Positions 13,601 through 24,394 of a stretch of DNA of 64,000 nt are shown piece by piece. Within the stretch, counting starts at the first letter, position 1, and every line of letters starts with the position of its first letter. The notes under the pieces are model-generated. The model worked only from the letters and a program-made list of their open reading frames with translations. It was not told the origin of the DNA and ran no database searches. The position numbers and the translations under genes are program-made. The DNA comes from Phoronis australis (Eukaryota > Animalia > Phoronida), in the NCBI GenBank assembly GCA_002633005.1, contig NMRA01000402.1, forward strand, positions 211,540-275,539, written 5' to 3'.

Positions 13601-15837
13601 TTGATTATTTTGTCGCGATAGACTCAGTGTTTATTGACTATCATTTTTGCTGATTAAATTCTTGTATATGTACAGTGTATTTAAATTTTTTTATAACTTA
13701 TAGCGGGGGATAAGGGCAACATGTATATGAAATGCTGTTTCACTCTGCATTATAATGAATTAGTAGTGTTTCCAAGATATTCTAGGTTACCCCTCAACCT
13801 GAATTCACGAGAATGAACGGATGACTTTCCTCTCTTTGAGGATTGCAATGTCAGCCGCTACACAGTGTATGTAACAGTCGTCTGAACGTTTCTACTAAAC
13901 AAACACCACCGCTAAGCTGACCTCTGTCTTTGGTTAACAAAAATCGCCAGCTTCTGTACTTGTTTGGTAAGGACTCACTGTCGATTTCATTAGCTTAAAG
14001 AGTATTTTATTAATTGTAACACATTGGACAATAAGTCAATTTCTATTACCTTTGTCATCACCATTTACTGAACTACAAAATAAGAACACTCGACAGATTG
14101 GTTGCTGACAAAATTAAATACATCTAAGAACATTTCTGAATAAGAATCCACTGAAGAAATCTGTATTTTGTACTATTCAAAAATAAAATCAAGGCTGCTC
14201 AAAATATGCAGCTGTGAACCTAGATATATAGATAACCACTCAAAACAGCATAAGTGCGCACACTCTCTGACGGACGCAATCCGCGGAAATTGGTTTTTGC
14301 ATACACGGTGTAGCAAGCTTGTGTTTTAATTCACAACATGTTCGAGTAACATCCTACAACACCCTCGATTTACATAGGACAAAACATGCTCACCAGCCTT
14401 TTCCCATCCTGTTTCGTTACAGCTGCCGTAACCAAAGTGTTAGATTTGTCATCGTAGCCATTGTACACATCCGTCCTCCACTCTGAAGAACGCTGAGTTA
14501 TCGAAATCATGGAATAGTTGTAGTCTACCACAATAAATGTCCAGCAAGATGTTCACTATATTTATGAGCTCCGTACAAGTATCAACACCCGCGTTTGTAT
14601 ACAGATAAGGGGCAATTCATGTTTGTAGTTACTTAGAACTTGTCAATGAAATTAAAGAAAATAATAGCGCATCAGGGTCAGCTGGTACCGAACTATGTTT
14701 CCTGGGTATTATAAGGTAGGGGAGGGGGCTACACGTTGCGTTGCCAAAACATTCATTCACTTGTTTCGTGCTTGAACTATAACCTTTGGTAACCATTATA
14801 ATATACAATAATTCAAAGTTGTTGCTCAGTATAATGTTCTGGGGATTCCCAAAATCATGTGCTCGATCATTTGATAAGATTGTAAAATCCGTTTAATTGC
14901 CATATCTATTGCATAATTAAATTCTTTTCTTCTTGAGATTACTATCACCAAATAGCTTTGGAAGAAAAATAAATATTTTCTGTAATGATTCCTGTCTGAC
15001 GAGTAGTTTCAGCATATGCGAGACTTTAAGCTATTTGAACTGTTTCGGCATTTAATTAATGTCATATTAGGTTTTTCAGCTTACAATGCGAATAGCACAG
15101 TAGTCGATATTTTAAATATATCTTACTTTTTTGACACTCTCTTGATTTTCACCAGTGCCTGACTCCATGAGTTCTGTACTGCGTTTCATGTCAACAGCAA
15201 CCTGTTGTCCATCCAATTGAAAATTAAGTTGAAATGTGTTTCCATCTTCACTTTCACGTTTTGTCAGGGTCACTGGAAGAAATTTCCATCGGAATGATCG
15301 GAACTTTTCAAAAATTGAATAACCATAAATTTAATATCAATAAATGAGGCTCGAATGAAAAAAAATGTGTTTTGCATATTTTTAAGAAGCGGTATGCTCT
15401 CAAGGTGTCAAAGTAATGTGAAACAATATGAAACGAGGTACAAAACCACATTATTTTCTCAATTTTGATACCTTTTGCGTATTGCTGACTACATTATCAG
15501 GGAATCCAAAGTGAACATAAGAGAAAGTATACTATTCTGAATAAAACGATTATCGAAATCGACTTCGTTTACAAATCATAGTATCGAAGATAACCCGGCA
15601 ATCGCAAATTCAAGATTCTTGATTAGTAGAGATTAGACATGATATGCCATTCTGTCCAAAGCAAAAGCTAAAAAGCTCAAAATCTTTAAGCCAATTTCGT
15701 GGGTGGTAATAATAAAAAAATTCAGCAGATTAATTTAAGAATTTATTTTCATAATAATAATTATACTTACATTCATCGGCGTTTATCGGGCAAAATATGC
15801 ATATTAAGATCAACGCTGTAGATCGCAGTATCGCCAT
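1672..15837 (-). CDS. Secreted M12B (reprolysin / ADAM-ADAMTS-like) zinc metalloprotease precursor, 3'-partial (11 exons in window)
   Basis: Exons with compatible GT-AG phases: 15837-15771 (signal peptide MAILRSTALILICIFCPINADE), 15272-15127 (FQLNFQLDGQQVAVDMKRS, M12B-propeptide-like), 14492-14394, 12947-12825, 12254-12132, 11945-11823, 11227-11080, 9437-9256 (furin site RSRR, then EVTIKKYTVGVLLFIDYCLYQKF...EIKRYFIYVVKG), 7914-7834 (VDQRFRNI...IVIKLRGFVVAK), 6709-6543 (SPW...DVAKALPAFEKY...HDHAMAFT), 1712-1672 (YNLFSESSGPSVAG). 1300 nt, open throughout. The HExxHxxGxxH motif was not found and presumably lies left of the window. Confidence 0.8.
1851..1999. mobile_element. ~140-bp MITE (3 copies: also about 26203-26342 and 48206-48344)
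   Basis: IR GTTCAGTAACGCTAGGACCT / AGGTCCTAGCGT(C)TACTGAAC; shared core AAGCAAGACTTCGCGAGATTAC. Confidence 0.75.
3152..6309 (+). mobile_element. Internally deleted AcademX-type DNA transposon in a metalloprotease intron
   Basis: TIR TAGTCGGTGGGCCAGA at both ends, with longer imperfect subterminal IR; TAG...CTA termini and 3-bp TSD TTA (3149-3151/6310-6312). Decayed coding relics: DLVS-EAKYH..CY (~4850-4895) and C-terminal Cys8/CXC finger CKCKKNMCAGKLSLCCNAGSNCTEMCSCDNCSN (5422-5520). Confidence 0.75.
8322..8570 (+). repeat. Local tandem duplication (68-bp block x2 plus a partial third)
   Basis: CGCTTCGTC(G/A)ACTATGGT at 8322, 8472 and 8553. Confidence 0.8.
10196..10731 (+). mobile_element. 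Kolobok-like MITE copy
   Basis: TTAA flanks; shares AAAGTGGTTCTCTGCCACT.AAACAGAATTCAACCTGCTCA and the right end with 22675-23217. Confidence 0.7.
11080..12947 (-). repeat. Four tandemly duplicated coding exons (VS[D/G]H[I/V]FKSG..FQ.W.KP.GEV.L module) with homologous flanking intron sequence
   Basis: Three 123-nt phase 0-0 exons plus one 148-nt exon share the module; introns 11228-11420 and 11946-12131 are also visibly similar. Confidence 0.85.
11427..11812. mobile_element. pogo/Tc1-type MITE with TA TSD and internal ~110-bp direct repeat
   Basis: TA|GCGTATTACC...GGCAATACGG|TA; absent from the paralogous intron at about 12108-12131 (empty site). Confidence 0.65.
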
Positions 15838-15893
15838 TGTCAAGGCCCGAGATCCTGATTGGGTACTGGGCTGGAAGGAACAACTGAACGGCA

Positions 15894-15900
15894 TTTTATA
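15894..15900 (-). promoter_or_regulatory. TATA box of metalloprotease gene
   Basis: TATAAAA on the minus strand about 60 nt upstream of the ATG at 15837. Confidence 0.6.
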
Positions 15901-17653
15901 CACCGTCCGTGACCATTACCGAGAATGTGCGAAGAAGATAATAGTTGTTGTGACCATCATAAAGATTGTTTTCTAAAGCTAAAACAAAGAAGCAGCGATC
16001 TGTTTGTTTGTAAAAGATTGCGTCAAGTTTCAATTTGAACTCTAAATTACTTTGCAAACAACAAAATTATATTTTATAGACGCACGATACAGGTGCATTT
16101 AAACACCTTATTTAACAAATACCAATTTGTGATTTTGATTTAATCAGGTGCACATGTTGTATTGTTCTATTGTAAACATGGAGGATCATAAAAACGGCAT
16201 TTAAAAATTACGTCTTTTTTAAATAGTGACACCTCTTAACTTCATTTGATCTAAAGTCCACCTTTTTATTGCGACAAAAATATAACCATCCTTCAACATA
16301 ATTACACTGAATGTCACACCTGCGCTAAGGTTAAACAGGGAACATATTTAGTCCTTAAGGTTGATTAAAAATTGACTTAGCAAAAGTGTCCCCTAAGCGA
16401 ATCCATCTGAAAACATGAAGGGGTTGACATGTCTTTAACAGATGCCGATTTGTCAAATTTCATAGATATACATCAAGGAACTACGCAGAGGCAAGGGTAA
16501 AAATGGAATTCAAATCCGACCTATCGTCGTCTGTTGTCACGTTCAAAAAAGTGCAGGGTCTAAGAGAAGCAAGCGCAGACGTAATAATCCTATAGGGGGC
16601 GCCACGGTAGTCGGACCCGTCCGAAAATTAACGCCTGCTCTTTTCAGTACGAACACATCTGCCAATTTTATCTCGATTCTTTGATCGGTCTGCGGATAAT
16701 AAAAACTGAACATGGCCACTAGGCGACCGAAAACGGTAAGACATCACCATCTCCTAAAAAGATGTATTTGCTATTTGGAACTTTGTTAAGATGGTCACTT
16801 CCAAGACAGCGGCAAATGTAAAGAATAAAATCTCCACTAGAGGGCCCAGCGGTAGTCGGATCCGTTCGAAAATTCTTTCCTGTCGTTTCATCCATGATGG
16901 GTATATATGCGACCGGCAAAATTTCACGAACTTTCACTAAAGGTTTTTGGAGATTGAAATCTTTTCCAAGTCCCAATGAATGTGTCGTTTATGGGTCATT
17001 TGTTTCTGTAGAGGGTCATTTGCAAAGGGCAGGTCGGGGGTGGCCACCCAAATTTGGTAACAAGGGAACCTCGGCCTGCATATATTCCGAAATGTAAATA
17101 AGCGCAAACCGACTGGCCCTCGTGGCCGCCGATATCGTCCGCAAAGGTGTACTGCGGAACATACGGCAACCGCCGCATCGCGAATTAGCAACGGTTTACA
17201 GCCAGGCCTGTCTCTGCGGACGGCAAGTGCCAAGCTGCAATGCAGTCCAGAATCAGCGGTACACAAGCGAATGCTGTTCGACGAATCCCGCGACCCGCCC
17301 TGCGGATAGCATGTCCGATGCAGTCCACAACGCCCGGCGAGATTTGTACCCCAGGTTTTGTACATGTAAGACGGTAAAAGCGATGAATACTCCGGGTATT
17401 CAATGCGAGTGCAGGCGACTATCCATGATCACAGTCAGTCTTCCCCACCTAATGTTCGGCCACTGGGAAGCAGTAGTGCCAGCTAGTGGCGAGGTGTACA
17501 CGTCTTCAAAATTTCTGCAGGTTTTTCTGGTCGCAGTAAAATGTTTTGTGTAGACGACAGAAAGTCGAAGTATACATGTATGCGTGTTTGCATTTTACCC
17601 TACTAGTGCCGTTGTTGGTCTAGTTTGCATTCTCATCGCCCGCACCGACAGTT

Positions 17654-18083
17654 AGTGCCCTGTTGCATGAAACAGTCCCAAATAGGGATTCAACTAAGGT
17701 CCCTAAATCTACTACGTATTTTTGGACTTGTGAAAACATCGATTGCCCTTTCTTGTATTGATTTAGTTTCATTAATAAGTCAACTTTTGACTTTGATACA
17801 AATTGAGTGTGAAATCTACGTTGAATTCTAATATTATCGAAAACAATTAGGGCTCTTTTCATGCAACACCCCCAGTTTAAGGACTGAGTCCTATTTATTT
17901 TCAGTGAACACTGGGCTCAGTTTTTAGTTATATTATTAGAAAATTTCATTAATCAAAAAGGAGCTCATAATAAAGATGAAATGATAGAAAAATATTGCAT
18001 CTGTGCGTCTATAAGGACAGAATGTGCAAAAAAGACTTAGGGACCTTAGTTGAGTCCCTATCTGTTTCATGCAACCGGTCACT
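17654..18083. mobile_element. ~430-bp Harbinger-like MITE (partial copies about 41502-41722 and 53240-53558)
   Basis: IR GTTGCATGAAACAG...TAGGGA.TCAACTAAGGTCCCTAA at both ends. Confidence 0.7.
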
Positions 18084-18927
18084 GAATTCTTATCGTGAGA
18101 AGGCTAGTATGCATTCAAATGACATGTTCTGTGGTTAAGTTCCGTTCGCTCGTGGTGATGGTTTATGATAGACCGGCAAAAATTCAAAATTTCTAATAAT
18201 AAGTACTCGTGGTTCAGTAGGACTACATGTAGGTATAAACAGGTCTACCATTTGATCAGAACAAGGTATTAGTAAGTCTTTAGATATTTGTGTAAGTACA
18301 CGGCAACTGCATTTTCGGGATGTCTTGATTAACCAGAAGTTATTGCTTAAATTTTTAAATTTCTGCCTTTACCAAAGTTATACGAGCATGAATATCACGA
18401 AAATCTATTGCGTTGACCTATATTTTAAACATTTCACTTCTTCCAGTTTACAGTTTTCTTGCTATACGTTGGATCAAAGAGATCTACGTTTTCTTTTACC
18501 CAACCGATGTCCATGAGATTAGCAATAAAAGGCTAAGACGGTAGATACACTGTACTGTTCTTCTCCCACGCTCATTTAAGTTCTTATCCACGAGATTACC
18601 AGCCAGGCAGAAGCATGACGAAAGTCAGTCGATTCCCGCACAATTTGGCACATTCTAGATCTATAGTCAGTGGTAAAAGACTTGTCAAACATATTTCCAG
18701 GCTAAGCAACAACAAGAGTTGTTTGAGGGAACTTAATTCTTATATTCATTTTTCTCAACCTCGGTTAGGATCAACAGTGATTACTATAGAAAGGCACACC
18801 TTGAACGAACTGTACTAAACGAAAGCAGTTGTACACATATATGTAAATAAGTTGCGATTATAAATAAATATTAATTGTTAACATAATCAAAATACAATTG
18901 ATAAACAACAACAATTGCATATGACAT

Positions 18928-21900
18928 TTATACCCAGTACTGTTTTTTCGCCAAAATGGGTTGAGGCCACCAACTAAATATTCTTTGATTCGGCATTTGG
19001 GACTCTATTAGGGCAGGAGCGCTATTTGGCGAGTCCCATTGTATTATTGAAACCTTGCCATTGTATCCGTTTTTATGGTTCCCGTCACTATCGTGAGTAA
19101 CCTGGACAACCAGGGAAGCTGGTCTTCCCTTCTTCTGTTTATACACCATATGGGCGTGCACGTCTGTTTCTTCTTTAGGCGGGAGCGTTAGCGGGTTGTG
19201 TTGTAGATATGCGGAGCTCGTGTTGGCGGTGCTTGTCTTCGGCTTCTTGGGCGAATTCGACATGCTACCCTCAATGGACGAGATGACTATTTGGGATATG
19301 CCTTCAGCTGAGCAGAACTCGTGCTCAAAACCCGGAGCTGAGTGCTGATGATCCGATGTGCTCGCGCTGGTGGTGACCTCAGATCCTAAGCCGGTGGTAG
19401 AGTGAAATGCTGAAGCGTTTCCACTAGTCGTTGGCTGTTGGTCAGACGTGTTGGTGCTGCCGACTAGTGGGCATATAGAGGTGTTGCCACTGCCAATAGC
19501 AGGAAACATGGAGGTGTTGTTTGACGGGAAATTCATCGACATGCTGTTGCTATCTTGGTCAACCGTGCAGGTGACGTTACACTGGGAATTCGAAGCTGGA
19601 CGGTTACCTCTGGACGTAAATATGCTGCTATACTGCCAGGACGTCTGGGCGCCACGAGGGGGTTGAAGGTCCGCACTGTGTTCTGACGACGTCTCACCAC
19701 TATCGCATCGCGATGAGTTACCCGTGTGGCTGCTGTTCGGGTAAGGTGTAAGACTACCAGACCGCGTTGGTGGAATAGTGTCCTCACTCCCGATGCGCGA
19801 CCTGGCGCGGCCTTCGGGAACCAAATTATCGAGCTTAGCGACGAAATCGTAACTGTCGTCGGGCGTCTCTGGTCGACTGGCAATAGATGGAAATTTGGGA
19901 TTAGATAAGTTAACCGTGCTGTCGCTAGACGGCGGAGACTCCTTCCTGCTTGAGTCTACCGGTGTGTTAAACGGAGTCACAGAGTACAGACAGCGTGACT
20001 TGTTTGAGTAATTAATTATTCCAATATCCAACTCGTTGCTCAGCGAACTACCGCTGGTTCGCACTGGTGTATTAAAGTTAGGAAAGAACGGATCATTCAT
20101 TTGAGCTGAAATGATCGGCTCGGAGGTGACGTTACGGCAAGCAAATGGGTCAGATTCGATGTTCGTCAAGAAAGGGTCGTGCTCGGAAATATTCGGCTCT
20201 GATCGCCACATGGTCTTTACTCCAGGTTGCTGTACCTGTTTATCTGCGGTGTCTAGTGGATCGTTCAGGAATCCCTTGTTTTCGTAGTGATGGATAAAAC
20301 TTGTAGACCTTTTTATTTCGCCTGTCTCGTCTCCGCTGGGTGTGCCAAGGGCGTTGTTGTTCAATTCGATACGCAAGTGACCATATTGAACAGGACTCCT
20401 AGAACAAAAACACAATTGTTTGATTTAAAACGACTATTCACCGTTGTTTACAGTCAAAATATAGAACTTTTTAAGTAGACTGATTATCTCGGGAATTTGC
20501 TTGTCGTATTAGTTTCCACCACGTTAACGTAAACCATCTGCGAGTTCACAAGCTACTAAATGAAGAGAAACTGTGTTGCTGACCAAGCTCGTAAAACTTG
20601 TCGCCATTCTCACAATCTTATAATGTAATGGACGGGCTCGAATTTACATTAGTTGAGGGGGTCATCTGTTTTTCTGATAGGGTTTTACGAGGGGTGTAAA
20701 GAGGAAATCACAGGAGGCCCAGGGGTCCTACAGCTCAACGGATACGACCAAACAAGCAAAAACCACAGCCAAGCTTGCGCCTCCCTTAGGGCATCCTGCA
20801 TCCGTTAGCAGAAATGTCAGTTTATTATCATAAACATGTTGTTAGGAACTGTTACTACGCAAATCAACCCAGGACTGTGGACATCGTTCAGAGGTTGAGA
20901 TTGCTGGAATTATTTAGATGAGTTTAAAAACTCTTCCGCCATTTCGAACATCTGGGACAGGACGCGAAATCGTTTTTAACTTTCCCGTTCTACATGTACT
21001 TTGGTACTGAATTCAATTAAATGTCTAGTATTTTCTGCTCGAGTACATTATGGTTTCCGTGAAAAACATTAATCCTAATTTACACTTGATGACTACAGCA
21101 TTATGGCTATGATGAATCTCGAGGTTTTACTTGGGTTTCAATGGAGCTCAATCTAAGGGTAACAAAATGCAAATTAAGACTATACAGCGGTTTGCGTAAT
21201 CCAAACTGTGCATGGATGTAAGAACGATCATTAGGTTGGTTTATCTAACTTCACTTACAACTAAATTCAAATCAGTTGAAACGTAAAAATAAGAATTATT
21301 GTACTCTAAGTTGAATAATTTCCGAAAAGCCAAAGACATGTTTATCTGGCTAAAATCGGAAATCGAATTAGGCCTGGTCTCATAGTATTCCTCTCCGTTA
21401 CCAACAAAATTAAAAATTATACCACAATATTGGCGTCAAATGACAGATACAACCGTGTAATAACCCATAAAGTTATCTCACTAGTGAGATAACGATTTGG
21501 CGGGAAACCGAGGACGGAGTCGAACCCCGAACCTTGAGTTTGCTGGTCGCCGACCTTAACCACTACACCACGCAGCAGCTGACGTCATCAATAGTGAAAA
21601 TATAATACTTAAATGAGCACGCGCAATAATCGCACGTTCAACAAACCGCATTGTACTGTACGTATACGCTACGAGAAATAAGACACATAATTTCCATAAA
21701 AATGATATCTTCATTCAATGAAATATTTCTCTCATGTCCTCTTACTTGTAAATCACCGATCTCCAGTTTGAATGCGGGTATCGTGTCGTCAGGATCTTTG
21801 GCTTGAGAATTATATTCAGTTACCAGTGGTAACCTACTTTAGCAGACGATAATTTCCCGGTCGAAGCTTAGCGTGAAAAAACGTGTTTATAGCTATAATA

Positions 21901-23997
21901 GTTGGTAAACCTTAATTTATAAATTCAGTTTATTTCTATAAAATTTCCAATTGGTTTTGAGTAAAAGCATTATTTGACAAAAATAGCCCGGCTTTTCTTA
22001 AAAGGTCACGACCTCCGACCCCGGGCCTCTGACATAGAAAGTAGTTACAAAGCCGTGGAGAGTCAGAAAAGGTAAATCGATTCATTGCAATGTTTCTCGT
22101 TTAGTATGTGGTATAAATAGATTATTACATGTTCTCAGCCGTTATCCCCCTTATCTAGAGCCCTCGGGCTCTAGATAACGGGGGATAACGACTTCGCCAT
22201 GTAATAATCTATATTTATTGTACTCTAAGTTGAATAATTTCCGAAAAGCCAAAGACATGTTTATCTGGATAAAATCGGAAATCGAATTAGGCCTGGTCTC
22301 ATAGTATTCCTCTCCGTTACCAACAAAATTGTCGAAACCATCACTAGCAACTCAAAAAAATGCACAGGACTTTATAGGAGTTAGACAACCCTAAATTTGC
22401 GAATAAGAAAATGGCTCATGTACGCATTTCCTATGACTTGAAATGGAAACGGAAATACAATCCTCTCACGGTAGGGAAAATTATGAAACTGATTAATGAA
22501 TACAATACCTAATTCGATTTCCGTTTTTAGCCAGCTAAACATGGCAAAATGCTTTAACAATTATGTACTTTCTTATCGTTTGCTAAAACGTCAGCGAGAC
22601 ATTGCTTTTAACACGTTTTAGTTAGAAAATTTGAATAAAAATTGACGACTATCAATTTTTTCTCGGAGTATTAAAGAGGCCTGGAACGCAATGAACAGAT
22701 CCAACTGCAATATTGAAAGTGGTTCTCTGCCACTAAAACAGAATTCAACCTGCTCACCAAGTATTTTTAGGGTTTGTTCGTAAAGATTTTTTAGTTCTAT
22801 TGATGACAAAGCATTTTCCTTTAGCTTTAAATTTAAAAAACGACCTGTTAACTGCTCGCCATTTCATCGATCCTACACGCCAAAGCACGCCTCCTTATTT
22901 AATGTGGCAAGACATAGACGTAGCACATTTCCCTTATGTGGAAAATGAACCTTTGACCTCAAACGACTTCAAGCAACTGACAGTGAGAGCTTGGCCGCAT
23001 TTATCATACATGTAGGTGGCAGGAAGATTAGAAACTATGTGGTAACTACAGAATTGTTCCTTCGCGCGTACTTCAAAAATCGTGAAATTTGTGTTTTTTT
23101 CTGAAAATTTTATGACAAGAGGAAAGTGAATTCCTCTGCACTAGACGTTGCGAGATGGTACTTTCGTCAGGATTTGTTTAAAAAATATTTTGACGAGCTT
23201 TTGCGTTGCATGCCTTTTTAAAGTCTTCATTTCGATAGACGACTTTTGGGCTAAACGGAAATTCCAGCCAATCTTTCGTAGCTAAGTAACAAAATGAATA
23301 AGAAATATGGAAAACGTGTTTAAAAAGCGATCACGTGCTTAAAATGACTGGGCATTGTTTTGTATACAAAACTTGTTTCTAAGATCAGCAAACATTACTA
23401 TTGTACATAGCTCAGTTCATAGAAACACATATTATAAATACTGATTTCAAAAAGAGCATACTGTAATTGAAAAATGGTACAGTTTAACAAATATCAATTG
23501 TTACTATTGTAAATTTGTCATCATTATTGTTCTTTGATGACGAAAAGAAGACCAGGGATTTATTTTTACTTGATACATTTTCTGACTCACCTCCTTAACT
23601 GCGGAATAATGTAGTCTGCTCTATATTTACTCGCCAGCTCTAGAGGTGTGGTCGATCGGATGGAACCCCTACAGTGACGTATTTCCGACCTATACTTCTT
23701 GGCTCGAGGGGCGGCGATTACGCTCCGTCTAAGTTCGGCTTTCCTTGAGTTCCAACAGCAGAAGAACAAAGCTAAAACCACGATGGCCGAAACAACTATG
23801 AAGGGAATTATGATCTCCCAGCTGACGGCTAAAACTGATGATCCTGTGGGAAAATTGTTTGATGGGTTGTCAAAAGATGGCGATGTCGTCCCATCCAGTG
23901 AAACTTCTGGTGGAAAGTAGTTGCCAATTCCTGGCGTTCCATTAAGCGATGCTTCGGAAGGTTGGACGCTGATACCAATATATGGGTCTGTAGACAT
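18928..23997 (-). CDS. Single-pass transmembrane protein with long Ser/Pro/Thr-rich cytoplasmic tail (~625 aa), adaptor-like
   Basis: Exon 23997-23591 (TM WEIIIPFIVVSAIVVLALFFCCW followed by basic residues; donor AG|GTGAGT, phase 2) splices in frame to acceptor TTCTAG|G at 20398; the terminal exon 20398-18928 stays open for 1471 nt. An acceptor at 24006 (TTTCAG) and a candidate upstream donor GAG|GTAAGA at 25336 suggest a 5' exon, probably non-coding. Confidence 0.75.
21417..22214 (-). mobile_element. ~800-bp non-autonomous element with sub-terminal IRs, terminal hairpin and internal tRNA-like cassette (copy 1)
   Basis: Reverse complement of 35231-36086; TTATACCACA...TGTGGTATAA; palindrome GTTATCTCACTAGTGAGATAAC; hairpin 22117-22212. 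Confidence 0.8.
22256..22543. mobile_element. ~290-bp MITE-like segment with 36-bp inverted repeats
   Basis: CATGTTTATCTGGATAAAATCGGAAATCGAATTAGG / CCTAATTCGATTTCCGTTTTTAGCCAGCTAAACATG. Confidence 0.55.
22675..23217 (+). mobile_element. Kolobok-like MITE (TTAA TSD, AG...CT-type ends)
   Basis: TTAA|AGAGGCCTGGAACGC ... GCGTTGCATGCCTTT|TTAA; homologous copies at 10196-10731 and about 48488-48739. Confidence 0.7.
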
Positions 23998-24085
23998 TGG
24001 AAATACCTGAAATTACAGAAAAAACATGATAAAAGTATACATCTGTAGCTGATCAACAGATTGGCTGGTATCAAACTACACAATG

Positions 24086-24394
24086 CAGGGGCGGATATAC
24101 ATGTAGGATTTTTAGTTAAGGGTGGAGGACAAGGCACAGGAATAAGCAGAATTTCGCCACATGCGAGCTCCCAGACTAAAATGTAGGGATGTAGGGGTCT
24201 CAAATTTTTGAGTTTTTGAACCTTATTACTAAAAAGGGGGTTTGTTCAAGGCCTATACATTGTGTATTCACCCCCCGAGCCACCCCTGGGTGCGCACATA
24301 TGGTAGTGCGCATTTCGCACCCCGAACTGCCAAATGACATCTGGGAGATTTTTTTGGGGGGGTATGGCGCCCTCGCCCCCCAACTGCACCACTG
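24086..24394. mobile_element. CAGGGGCGGAT...CCACTG MITE (hAT-like); related copies 54938-55095 and about 29013
   Basis: Shared 5' end CAGGG(G)CGGA..CAGGATTT, G/C-rich subtermini, 3' end CCACTG. Confidence 0.55.

Noticed and set aside
21505-21580. Functional tRNA genes (also 35925-35994 and 60028-60100)
   Set aside because: Anticodon arms are degenerate and differ between copies; all are embedded in interspersed repeats.
21296-22330. TRIM/LTR retro-element interpretation of the direct repeats (also 44420-45319)
   Set aside because: No PBS or PPT seen, the repeats extend beyond any TG...CA, and the internal parts occur elsewhere without the repeats.
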